Positions 52,360 to 61,131 of a DNA stretch of 64,000 nt are shown piece by piece; position 1 is the stretch's first letter; each line of letters opens with the position of its first letter. The notes below the pieces were generated by a model. It ran no database searches and had not been told where the DNA came from. It saw only the letters and a list, made by a program, of their open reading frames with translations. A program made the position numbers and the translations under genes. The stretch is from an uncultured Actinomycetes bacterium (GTDB taxonomy: Bacteria; Actinomycetota; Thermoleophilia; UBA2241). The stretch spans positions 256,001 to 320,000 of the forward strand of contig CAVRZA010000002.1 of the NCBI GenBank assembly GCA_963725665.1, given 5' to 3'.

Positions 52360-52420
52360 ACTTACCCGGATGGATAAGTCTCATGGCTCGCAAACTAGCA
52401 CGGGCGTTCTCATGGTGCAA
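52360..52420 (-). promoter_or_regulatory. ALDH promoter with putative TetR operator
   Basis: Minus strand TTGCAC-N17-TAGTTT, then ATCCATCCGGGTAAGT (52375-52360). Confidence 0.6.
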
Positions 52421-52490
52421 GGTGTCGACGGACCGGAGGAGGTGTCCGACGAGGAAGGCCTGACCTCGGCCCCGCCCCACCGCGGGGCGG

Positions 52491-53168
52491 CTACGCCTCG
52501 CGGTCAGCCGGGCTCTTTCCCTTTGCCTTGGCGGCGGCCGCCTGCGCCTCACGCTTGCGCTTGGCGACGATGTCGGTCGCGCCTTTCGCCTTGCCAGAAG
52601 TGGCTGCGAGGGCGGCGCGCGCGCGACCCGAGACGAACTGACTGCGGTCGCGCGCCAGCACCTGCATGAGCTTGCGCGCCTTTGGGTCCTTCATCTCTCT
52701 CAGCACGTCGACCATGGCGAGCTTCTGGTTACCGGGCCAGTAGGAGACCTTGCGCACGATTTCCTTGTTGGACTCGGGCTGGTCTACCATCACGAGGGCG
52801 CGCGCCGACTGGTAGCGCACGACCGGCTCCGGAGCGTCGAGGAGCTTGAGCAGCCTGGCGATGGCCTTCTCGTCGCCGCGCAGTGCGGCGCCCGTCAGCC
52901 GGCCGACGCCGCGCACTTCGAGCACCTTCTTGTCGTGCTCGATCTCCTGGGCTCGCATCCGGCGTCCGACGACCCAGAGCACCGGCAGGCTTATACCCAC
53001 CACCTCGATTCCCCAGATGGCCCAGTAGAGCTTGACGTTCTGCTGACGCCATTGCTTGAACTCCTCGCTGCCTCCCTTGACGGCCGCGCCCACCAAGCCC
53101 GAGATCGACCAGGTGAGGACGGCGACTACCAGGATGATGGCGACGAACACGAAGGATCGGTTTCTCAC
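52491..53168 (-). CDS. Membrane-anchored HEAT-repeat protein
   Basis: Two TM helices, then LLKLLDAPEPVVRYQSARAL and LARDRSQFVSGRARAAL HEAT-like repeats. Confidence 0.6.
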   Translation of the reverse strand: MRNRSFVFVAIILVVAVLTWSISGLVGAAVKGGSEEFKQWRQQNVKLYWAIWGIEVVGISLPVLWVVGRRMRAQEIEHDKKVLEVRGVGRLTGAALRGDEKAIARLLKLLDAPEPVVRYQSARALVMVDQPESNKEIVRKVSYWPGNQKLAMVDVLREMKDPKARKLMQVLARDRSQFVSGRARAALAATSGKAKGATDIVAKRKREAQAAAAKAKGKSPADREA

Positions 53169-53205
53169 GCGTGGACCTGCCGGAGACGAGGATGGCCGTT
53201 GACGA

Positions 53206-53254
53206 GGGGGGCCGCCGCGGCGGCGCTGGCTACGCGGCGCCGCGGCGGCCCCCC
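53206..53254 (-). terminator. GC hairpin after the metallophosphoesterase gene
   Basis: GGGGGCCGCCGCGGCG...CGCCGCGGCGGCCCCC. Confidence 0.45.
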
Positions 53255-53260
53255 GTTCGA

Positions 53261-54208
53261 TCAGCCCTGCACCTTCCAGTACTTCTCCACTTTCTCTGGA
53301 GTGAGCTCGACGATGAAGCCGCGCAGCAGGCCCTCGCCGTACTCCGAGCCGGGGTTGATGCACAGGGTCTCGCCGATGTAGGTGAAGCCGCTCGACTCGT
53401 GGATGTGGCCGTGCAGGCCCAGCATCGGCTGGTACCTTTCGATCACGTCGCGCACCGCCTGCGAGCCGACGTGGATCATCTCGACGCCGCCGACGCCCGA
53501 GGCGACCTTCAGATCGGCGCTCAGCTTGGGGGCCAGGTCGATGTCGGTGTCCTTGGGCGGGCAGTGGATGTTCCAGATCGAGTTACGCACGTCCTTGAGC
53601 CAGCCGATCTTCTCCTCGAGCATCTTCTGCATGCCCTTCTCGTCGGTCTCGCGCGGCGTGTCCCAGGGAGTGGGCGTCACGTACTCATTGCTGATGAGCT
53701 CGTGGCCCTCGAGGTCGAGGACCTTGTCGGTGGGGTAGATGATCCCCCGGTCCGCGTACTCCTTGATGGCCTCGTCAAGCTCCCTCGGATCGTCGTTGCC
53801 CGGCATGACGATCGACTTCACCTGCGAGGTGTCGATCTTCTCGCACAGCAGCTCCAGCCACTGCCGCATGCGCTTGACGACCTCGCGCTTCATGGTCTGG
53901 TCGACGAGATCGGGGTTCTTCTTCATCTCCTCGAGCCCGCCGCGATCGATGCGGCAGAAGTACATGCCGCCGTTGGCGAGCTTGCGCTCCCAGTCGACGA
54001 TCTCCTCCTCGCTCTTCAGTTTGACCTCTTGGCCGAAGTAGCCCGACTTCGAGTACCCCTTGCCGTAGTCGATGATGGGCACGAGCGCCTTGCCCGCCAA
54101 GTCGCCGCAGAGCATCAGGCAGTCGCATTCGTACATGCTGATGGCGCTGATCCACTTGCGCCACACCGTCTCCGCGCCGTGCACGTCGACCGAGTAGAAG
54201 ATCCTCAT
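53261..54208 (-). CDS. Icc-related metallophosphoesterase
   Basis: DVHG, CGDLAGK, MPGNDD, HCPP, GLHGHIHES, CINPGSEY. Confidence 0.85.
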   Translation of the reverse strand: MRIFYSVDVHGAETVWRKWISAISMYECDCLMLCGDLAGKALVPIIDYGKGYSKSGYFGQEVKLKSEEEIVDWERKLANGGMYFCRIDRGGLEEMKKNPDLVDQTMKREVVKRMRQWLELLCEKIDTSQVKSIVMPGNDDPRELDEAIKEYADRGIIYPTDKVLDLEGHELISNEYVTPTPWDTPRETDEKGMQKMLEEKIGWLKDVRNSIWNIHCPPKDTDIDLAPKLSADLKVASGVGGVEMIHVGSQAVRDVIERYQPMLGLHGHIHESSGFTYIGETLCINPGSEYGEGLLRGFIVELTPEKVEKYWKVQG

Positions 54209-54497
54209 TCGCTGCGCTCCTTTCGCGAGTAGCGAAGGGCTACCCTCCCCTAAGGAGAGGGGAGCCCGTGTCTTCCCGGCTGTCTGCCGCCGGCGGGATC
54301 TCGGTGAGGATCCCGTCCGGATCCATCACTTCCCTGCGGATGCGATTGTACATCCGCAAGACAGGAATGCTCTCGCGCCACATGCGTGAGGCGCCGCAGG
54401 CAATCCACTATACTTTTCGCGCCGAACTCGGGCGCAGGAGGGACCGAACGGGTAGAGGAGCGGCAGGGGGAGTGGAAGCACCTCAGAGGAGCGCGTC

Positions 54498-55790
54498 GTG
54501 ACCGCGGACATGATCGTCTCGCTGGCGATCTTCACCGTCGTCCTCGTCCTCATCCTGACCGAGAAGGTACACCGCACTATCCTGGGCATCGCCGGGGCCT
54601 GCGTGATGGTCGGGGCCGGCAAGCTGATGGGCTTCTATGGCGAGGGCAAGGCCCTGCTCGCCATCGACTTCAACGTCATCGGCCTGCTCATCGGCATGAT
54701 GATCGTCGTGGGCATCCTCGCCCCGACGGGCTTCTTCGAGTTCCTCGCCCTCTACGCCGGCCGCCTCTCGCGCGGTAACTCGTTCCGCCTGTTGCTGTTC
54801 CTCGGCGCGGTCACGGCGGTCGTCTCGGCGCTCCTCGACAACGTGACGACCGTCGTCGTGATCGCGCCGGTCACCATCGTCCTCTGCGAGATGTTCGAGG
54901 TCAGTCCGGCGCCGTTCCTCCTCTCTGAGGCGCTGTTCTCCAACATCGGCGGCGTCGCCACGCTCATCGGCGACCCGCCCAACATCATCATCGGCTCGGC
55001 CTCCGGCCTTAGCTTCAACGACTTCCTCATCAACTCGGCCCCGCTGATGGTCGTGGTGTGGATCGCCGCCGCGCTGTCCTTCGTGTTCCTCTTCCGCGGC
55101 GAGCTGGCCATCCATCCCGACCGCTTCGCCCACGTCGAGACCCTCGACCCCTGGAAGGAGATCAAAGACCCGGTCGTGGCACGCAAGACGCTCATCGTGT
55201 TCGCGGGTGCCATCGTTTTCTTCGTGCTGCACAGCGCGCTCGATCTGACGCCGTCGTTCATCGCCCTCTCGGCTGCCGCGCTGGCTCTGCTGTGGGTCAG
55301 GCCCGACGTGCACGAAACGCTTCAGCGCGTGGAGTGGAGCGTTCTCATGTTCTTCGCCGGCCTCTTCGTCATGGTCGGTGGGCTCGAGGCTTCGGGCCTT
55401 ATGGAAGAGGCGGCCAAGAGTCTGGCCGCGCTGAAGGACTTGGACCCAGTCATCGTCGGCATCATCATCATCTGGGTCGCCGGCCTGCTCTCGGCGGTGG
55501 TCGACAACATCCCCATTACGATCGCGATCATTCCGGTGATGGTGGGGCTGCAGAAGGAAGGGATCGACATCGGGCCGCTGTGGTGGGCCCTTGCCTTCGG
55601 AGTCGGACTGGGCGGCAACGGCACTGTGATCGGCGCCTCGGCCAACGTCGTCGTCGTGAGCCTCTCCGAGCGCACCGGGACTCCGATCACCTCCGCCTAC
55701 TGGACGCGCAAGGGGCTGCCCACGATGCTCATCACGCTCACAGTGTGTAGCGCGCTCTACGCCGTCGCCTACTACGTGCTGTACACGTGA
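54498..55790 (+). CDS. ArsB/NhaD (P-protein/CitMHS-like) permease
   Basis: SALLDNVTTV, SNIGGVATLIGDPPNI, VDNIP, LGGNGTVIGASAN. Confidence 0.85.
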   Translation: MTADMIVSLAIFTVVLVLILTEKVHRTILGIAGACVMVGAGKLMGFYGEGKALLAIDFNVIGLLIGMMIVVGILAPTGFFEFLALYAGRLSRGNSFRLLLFLGAVTAVVSALLDNVTTVVVIAPVTIVLCEMFEVSPAPFLLSEALFSNIGGVATLIGDPPNIIIGSASGLSFNDFLINSAPLMVVVWIAAALSFVFLFRGELAIHPDRFAHVETLDPWKEIKDPVVARKTLIVFAGAIVFFVLHSALDLTPSFIALSAAALALLWVRPDVHETLQRVEWSVLMFFAGLFVMVGGLEASGLMEEAAKSLAALKDLDPVIVGIIIIWVAGLLSAVVDNIPITIAIIPVMVGLQKEGIDIGPLWWALAFGVGLGGNGTVIGASANVVVVSLSERTGTPITSAYWTRKGLPTMLITLTVCSALYAVAYYVLYT

Positions 55791-55975
55791 CCCGTTCTGA
55801 CCCCGGCGATGTGCGACGTGCCCCGGGCAGTGGGGTCGAGATCGACGCTCGCGCCTAGCCGGTTCCAGGCGAGTTTGCATATACTTTCTCAAGGGTGGGG
55901 ACCCGTCGAGGGTGGCATCTCTCGCGAAGCCCCATGTGTCGGTCCGGGACTCCGCTGGAGAGAGGAGAGACAGCC

Positions 55976-56365
55976 GTGGCCAAAGCCGTGGACCGCGAGA
56001 CGGCGAACGTCGGTGCCGGCAACTGGAAGGGCCTCGGCATGTGGGCTTGGCTGCTCTTCCGCGTCGCCGGCGTGGTCATTGCCATCTACCTCTTCGTGCA
56101 CATCGTGATCATCTCGCAGGGGCGCATGACCGGCGCCTCGACGCTGGACAGCATCTTCAAGACCTTCGACAAGCCGCTCTTCGTGCTCCTCGACCTGCTG
56201 CTCGTCTGGGCGGTGCTCTTCCACGGCCTGAACGGCGTGCGCGTGCTGCTCATGGACGTCGGCGTCGGTGTGCGCAGCCACAAGGCCGTCTTCGTTTGCG
56301 CCATGGTGCTGGCCGTGGCCTTGTTCGTGTTCTTCATCGTGGCCGCCTGGCCGTTCGTGTTCTAG
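55976..56365 (+). CDS. sdhC: Succinate dehydrogenase cytochrome b subunit
   Basis: GMWAWLLFRVAG, YLFVH, FHGLNGVRVLLMD. Confidence 0.85.
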   Translation: MAKAVDRETANVGAGNWKGLGMWAWLLFRVAGVVIAIYLFVHIVIISQGRMTGASTLDSIFKTFDKPLFVLLDLLLVWAVLFHGLNGVRVLLMDVGVGVRSHKAVFVCAMVLAVALFVFFIVAAWPFVF

Positions 56366-56373
56366 GAGGAGTG

Positions 56374-56826
56374 ATGGCGCAGGAGACAGTCGGCGCAGCC
56401 CCTCGCGCGGCCGCCCCGTCGCCCGCGGCCTCCGGGCCGGTGCCGGTCGGCGCGGTGCGCGACCTCGATCGCAAGCAGCTCGACGAGGCGCGCGGCGGTG
56501 TCTGGGGCTGGTTCATGCAGCGCGCCACCGCCGTGATCCTCATCGTCGGCCTCGGCACCCACCTCGTGGCGACGCACATCCTCAACATCGGCGAGCTCAG
56601 CTACGACAACATCGCCGCGCGCCTCGCCGCCGTCTTCTTCATCGTGATCGACGTCGGCCTTCTCGCGGCGGCCATCTTCCACGGCCTGAACGGCCTGCGC
56701 ATGGTCCTCCTCGACTACTTCTGGAAAGCCCGCCGGCAGCGTCTGGTCTTCGCCTATCTGCTCTGGGCGTTCGGCATCGCCTTCTTCGTCTTCGGCCTCT
56801 GGGCCCTGTGGCCCTGGATCACCTGA
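56374..56826 (+). CDS. sdhD: Succinate dehydrogenase membrane anchor
   Basis: WFMQRATA, H.VATH, FHGLNGLRMVLLDY. Confidence 0.85.
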   Translation: MAQETVGAAPRAAAPSPAASGPVPVGAVRDLDRKQLDEARGGVWGWFMQRATAVILIVGLGTHLVATHILNIGELSYDNIAARLAAVFFIVIDVGLLAAAIFHGLNGLRMVLLDYFWKARRQRLVFAYLLWAFGIAFFVFGLWALWPWIT

Positions 56827-56840
56827 CGGAGCGGGCGGTG

Positions 56841-58547
56841 GTGCACCACCAGCTGATCGTCGTGGGCGGCGGCCTCGCCGGGATGCGGGCCGCGATCGAG
56901 GCCAAGCGCGCCGGCATCGACGTCGCGGTGCTCTCCCAGGTGCACCCGGCGCGCAGTCACTCGGGCGCGGCCCAGGGCGGCATCAACGCCGCCCTCGCCA
57001 ACGACCCCGAAGGACACGACGACACCCCTGAGAAGCACGCCTTCGACACCGTCAAGGGCTCCGACTACCTCGCCGACCAGGACGCCGCCTTCACGATGAC
57101 GACCGATGCCGTCCCGGCGATCTACGAGATGGACCACTGGGGCTGTCCCTTCAGCCGCTACGACGACGGTCGCATCGCTCAGCGACCCTTCGGTGGCGCC
57201 GGCTTCCCGCGCACCTGCTACGGCGCCGACAAGACCGGTCACTACCTGCTGCACACGGTGGTCGAGCAGGGCTACCGGCAAGACGTCACGATGTACGTCG
57301 AGCAGTTCGTGGTGGCGCTCCTCGTCGACGACGGCGTCTGCCGCGGCGTGATCGCCTACGACATGGTGCGTGGCGGCTTCGGGGCGTTCCTCGCTGAGGC
57401 GGTGATCATGGCCACCGGTGGCGCCGGGCGCACCTACATCAACACGACCAACGCCATCATCTCCACGGGCTTCGGCGCGGCACAGGCCTACTACGCCGGC
57501 GTGCCCCTCAAGGACATGGAGTTCGTGCAGTTCCACCCCACGGGCTTGCGCACGACGAACATCCTCATGAGCGAGGGCGCCCGTGGTGAGGGAGCCTATC
57601 TTCTCAACGACCTGGGCGAGCGTTTCATGTCCAAGTACGCGCCGAAGGCCATGGAGCTGGCGCCGCGCGACATCACGGCCCGCTCCATCCAGACCGAGAT
57701 CAACGAGGGGCGCGGCATCAACGGCCAGGAGTACGTGTACCTCGACCTGCGCCACCTGGGCGAGGCCAAGATCGCGGAGCGGCTGCCCGGTATCCGCGAC
57801 CTGGCCATCCACTTCGAGGGTGTCGACCCCGTGTCCGAGCCGGTGCCCATCGTGCCCAGCCAGCACTACACGATGGGAGGCATCGACACCGACGCCGACG
57901 GCGCGACCGTGCTTCCCGGCCTCTACGCCGCCGGTGAGTGCGCCTGCGTCTCGGTGCACGGCGCCAACCGTCTCGGCGGCAACTCGCTCCTCGAGACGAT
58001 CGTGTTCGGCCGCCGCGCCGGGGCGGCGGCGGCGGCGTTCATCGCCGGTGGCGGCGCGGGCGGCGCCGACGGCGCCGTGACCGCCCGCGCCGCCGACGGC
58101 GCGCTCGCCGCCATCCGCGATCGCGTCGAGCGCCTGCGGCACGGCAGCGAGCAGCCCTACGCCATCCGCGCCGACATGATCGCCACCATGAAGGAGCACT
58201 TCGGCGTCTTCCGCGACGAACGTCGCATGGCCGAGGGGCTCGAGAAGATGCGCGCGCTCAAGGAGCGCGCCCGCCACGTGAAACTCATGCACGGCGGCGA
58301 CTTGTTCAACCTCGACCTCATCCGCACCATCGAGCTCGAGGCCATGGTCGACGTGGCCCTGGCCACCGCGACCGGCGCCCTGGCGCGCACCGAGTCGCGC
58401 GGCTCGCACGCGCGCACCGACTACCCCGCTCGCGACGACGTGCTGTGGCTCAAGCACACACTCGCGCACTACGAGCCCGGGGGCCCGCGACTCGAGTCCA
58501 AGCCCGTCACCCTAGGCATGTTCGAACCACAGGAGCGCAGGTACTGA
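56841..58547 (+). CDS. sdhA: Succinate dehydrogenase flavoprotein
   Basis: VGGGLAG, RSHSGAAQGG, QFHPT, SEGARGEG, HYTMGG, HGANRLGGNSL, ESRGSH. Confidence 0.95.
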   Translation: MHHQLIVVGGGLAGMRAAIEAKRAGIDVAVLSQVHPARSHSGAAQGGINAALANDPEGHDDTPEKHAFDTVKGSDYLADQDAAFTMTTDAVPAIYEMDHWGCPFSRYDDGRIAQRPFGGAGFPRTCYGADKTGHYLLHTVVEQGYRQDVTMYVEQFVVALLVDDGVCRGVIAYDMVRGGFGAFLAEAVIMATGGAGRTYINTTNAIISTGFGAAQAYYAGVPLKDMEFVQFHPTGLRTTNILMSEGARGEGAYLLNDLGERFMSKYAPKAMELAPRDITARSIQTEINEGRGINGQEYVYLDLRHLGEAKIAERLPGIRDLAIHFEGVDPVSEPVPIVPSQHYTMGGIDTDADGATVLPGLYAAGECACVSVHGANRLGGNSLLETIVFGRRAGAAAAAFIAGGGAGGADGAVTARAADGALAAIRDRVERLRHGSEQPYAIRADMIATMKEHFGVFRDERRMAEGLEKMRALKERARHVKLMHGGDLFNLDLIRTIELEAMVDVALATATGALARTESRGSHARTDYPARDDVLWLKHTLAHYEPGGPRLESKPVTLGMFEPQERRY

Positions 58548-59263
58548 TGCCCGAAGCCACCTTTCGCATCCAGCGATTCGACCCCACGCGCGACACCGCC
58601 CCCCGCTACGAGGAGTTCCGCGTGCCGTACGAGGGGAACATGACGGTGCTCGAAGGGCTCTTCTACATCCAGGAGCACCTCGACGCCTCGCTCAGCTTCA
58701 GGTACTGCTGCCGGGCGGCGGTCTGCGGCTCCTGCGCCATGTACATCGGCGGTCGCTACCGGCTCGCCTGCCAGACGAACCTGCGCCACGTGGGCGACGA
58801 GATCTCGATCGAGCCCCTGCCTCACCTGCCGCTCGTCAAGGACCTCGTCTGCGACATGACCGATTTCTTCGCCAAGTTCGAGTACGTTCGGCCGTGGCTG
58901 ATCCGTCACTCGGAGGACCCTGAGAAGGAGATCTCCCAGTCGCCCAAGCAGCGCAAGAAGCTCGACATGCCCATCGACTGCATCCTCTGCGGCTGCTGCA
59001 CGAGCTCCTGCCCGTCGGCCTGGGCCGACAGAAACTACCTCGGCCCTGCGGCGCTGCTCTGGTGCTACCGCTTCGAGGTCGATTCGCGCGACGAGGCGCA
59101 CAAGGAGCGCCTACCGGCCTTCGACAACGAGGACGGCTCCTACCGTTGCCACACCATCACCAACTGCGTCGAGGCCTGCCCCAAGAGTCTCAACCCCACC
59201 GAGGCCATCCAGTGGCTCAAGGGCGCGGCCGTGCGGCGGCGCATCCTCGGTCGCCTGAAGTAA
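58547..59263 (+). CDS. sdhB: Succinate dehydrogenase iron-sulfur subunit
   Basis: CRAAVCGSC, CILCGCCTSSCP, CHTITNCVEACPK. Confidence 0.95.
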   Translation: MPEATFRIQRFDPTRDTAPRYEEFRVPYEGNMTVLEGLFYIQEHLDASLSFRYCCRAAVCGSCAMYIGGRYRLACQTNLRHVGDEISIEPLPHLPLVKDLVCDMTDFFAKFEYVRPWLIRHSEDPEKEISQSPKQRKKLDMPIDCILCGCCTSSCPSAWADRNYLGPAALLWCYRFEVDSRDEAHKERLPAFDNEDGSYRCHTITNCVEACPKSLNPTEAIQWLKGAAVRRRILGRLK

Positions 59264-59384
59264 CTCTCCGCCGCCCTTCTGCGGAAGACCGCCCGGGGGT
59301 TGTTCTCGATCCCCGTCTTTGCGACCCCTCGGGGTCGCCGATCCTCGCGTGGCCCGACGCGCCGCGTCTCGCACTCAGCCGGGC

Positions 59385-60329
59385 CTAGAGACGGTCGATC
59401 GTGGCGAGCAAGACGCCCAACAGGGTCACGGCGGCGGCCAGCGCGAGCCTCCTGCCGAAACGTTCCCGCAGAACGAGCACACCGAGCAGGATGGCGAACA
59501 AGGGCGCCGTGGAACCGATGAGCACCGTGAGCACAGGGCCGATGTGCTCGATGACGAGGTAGTAGAGGATCGAGAAGAGGGCCTCGAGCAGCCCCGCGAA
59601 GACGATCAGCAGCACGACCTTCCGCCGCTCGGCGGAGTGAAGTGGGTGCACGAAGACCCTGGCCCGCCGCCAGAGCACGATACCGCCCAGCATCGCCAGG
59701 CCCATCGTCTGGCTCTGTAGGATCATCGTCGTGCTGGCACTGCCGACGGACTGCAGGGCGAGTTGGATCAGCACCGGCCCAAGACCCCAGCCGGCGGCCG
59801 TCACGAGCGAGAGCAGCACGACCTCCAGGCGGCTCGACTCGGCGTGTCCGGGGGTGGGCGGGGCGGCCACCTCGGCGGCGACCGCCGGGTCGGCGTGCAT
59901 CCACCGTGAGACGAGGAGTATGCCGCCGGTGGCGACGGCCAATCCGAGGACCGTGAGGCCACCGATCGCGGTCCCGATGAGCGCGGCTGAGAACAGAGCG
60001 GCGAAGAGGGGGTCGATGCTCGTGAGCGGCGTGACGACCCCGACGCGGCCGCTGCGCAGGGCGTAGTAGTAGGTGTTGAAGGCGACGAGCCAGGTGACGA
60101 CGGCGGCAATGCTGATATAGCCGACGGCGGGCCACGTCATGGCGAAGGTCAGGCTCCAGAGGTGCAGCACGGTGAGCGGCACCGTGAGCGCCAGTAGAGC
60201 CGTCAGGGACGCGATGCGCACCAGGAAGTTGGTGCCCAACGGCGTGACGTACTTGAGGACGCTCTTGTTGAGCACCACGATGGTGCCCCAGCAGGCGGCC
60301 TCGATGAAGGCCACGCCGACCCAGATCAC
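59385..60329 (-). CDS. EamA/DMT-family transporter
   Basis: Two DMT repeats (YYYALRSGRVGVVTPL..PLFA; PLFAILLG.L.LRER); start approximate. Confidence 0.8.
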   Translation of the reverse strand: MIWVGVAFIEAACWGTIVVLNKSVLKYVTPLGTNFLVRIASLTALLALTVPLTVLHLWSLTFAMTWPAVGYISIAAVVTWLVAFNTYYYALRSGRVGVVTPLTSIDPLFAALFSAALIGTAIGGLTVLGLAVATGGILLVSRWMHADPAVAAEVAAPPTPGHAESSRLEVVLLSLVTAAGWGLGPVLIQLALQSVGSASTTMILQSQTMGLAMLGGIVLWRRARVFVHPLHSAERRKVVLLIVFAGLLEALFSILYYLVIEHIGPVLTVLIGSTAPLFAILLGVLVLRERFGRRLALAAAVTLLGVLLATIDRL

Positions 60330-60367
60330 GAAGGTCGCCGAGATCGCTCCCCCTCCCGGAGTTGGGC

Positions 60368-60425
60368 TGGGCGCGGGGCGGCGGGCGGGGTCACGGCCGT
60401 GACCCCGCCCGCCGCCCCGCGCCCA
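60368..60425. repeat. Perfect 58-bp palindrome
   Basis: TGGGCGCGGGGCGGCGGGCGGGGTCACGG is exactly mirrored with no spacer. Confidence 0.9.
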
Positions 60426-60526
60426 TGCTATCAGCCTCGTGGGCATGCGGTCGCTGAGGCGGGGGCCCGCGTCCGCGATAGACTACCGCCCTGGAATCAC
60501 CGGCACGGGAGACGAACGGAGAGGCC

Positions 60527-61099
60527 ATGAAGACGACGATCGGTTCCACTTCACTCGAGATCGAGAGCGGCGACATCACGGCGCTGAAGGTCGATGCCAT
60601 CGTCAACGCCGCCAACGATCACCTGTGGATGGGGTCGGGCGTCGCCGGGGCCATCAAGCGCGCCGGGGGCGCGGCGATCGAGAGCGAAGCTATGGCGCAG
60701 GCACCGATCGCCGTGGGCGACAATGCCGTCACGAGCGCCGGTGACCTCAAGGCGCGCTGGGTCATCCACGCCGCCGTCATGGGTCAGGACTTGCGCACGG
60801 ACGCGGACATCATAGCCAGGGCGACCTACAACGTCCTCGAGACCGCCGAGCGCCTCGGAGTACGCTCGCTGGCCCTGCCGGCCTTCGGCACCGGGGTGGG
60901 CGGCTTCCCGCTCTACGCCTGCGCCAACACCATGCTCGGACAGGTGCAGCTCTACCTGCGCCGGCATCCGCGCTCGGGCCTGCGGCGGATCGTCTTCTCG
61001 GCTTTCGGCGCCGACGCCAGGGCGGCGTTCAAGAACGCCATGGCCGGGCTCTCGCGCTACGGCATCACGCCGGCCAAGCACAACACGTACGAGTTCTGA
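60527..61099 (+). CDS. Macro-domain protein (ADP-ribose binding/hydrolase)
   Basis: GDIT..VDAIVNAAN, GSGVAGAI, VIHA, LPAFGTGVGG. Confidence 0.9.
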   Translation: MKTTIGSTSLEIESGDITALKVDAIVNAANDHLWMGSGVAGAIKRAGGAAIESEAMAQAPIAVGDNAVTSAGDLKARWVIHAAVMGQDLRTDADIIARATYNVLETAERLGVRSLALPAFGTGVGGFPLYACANTMLGQVQLYLRRHPRSGLRRIVFSAFGADARAAFKNAMAGLSRYGITPAKHNTYEF

Positions 61100-61131
61100 G
61101 CTCTGTGGTCGGCTTCGCCGGCGAGGTCCCT

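Noticed and set aside
55875-55892. Rex operator upstream of sdhCDAB (TTGCATATACTTTCTCAA)
   Set aside because: Four mismatches to TTGTGAA-N4-TTCACAA, and explained equally well by the TATACT -10 element.
60551-61131. Long antiporter C-terminal extension overlapping the macro gene
   Set aside because: It is antisense shadow sequence; the natural stop was probably lost by an indel (out-of-frame TGA at 61132).
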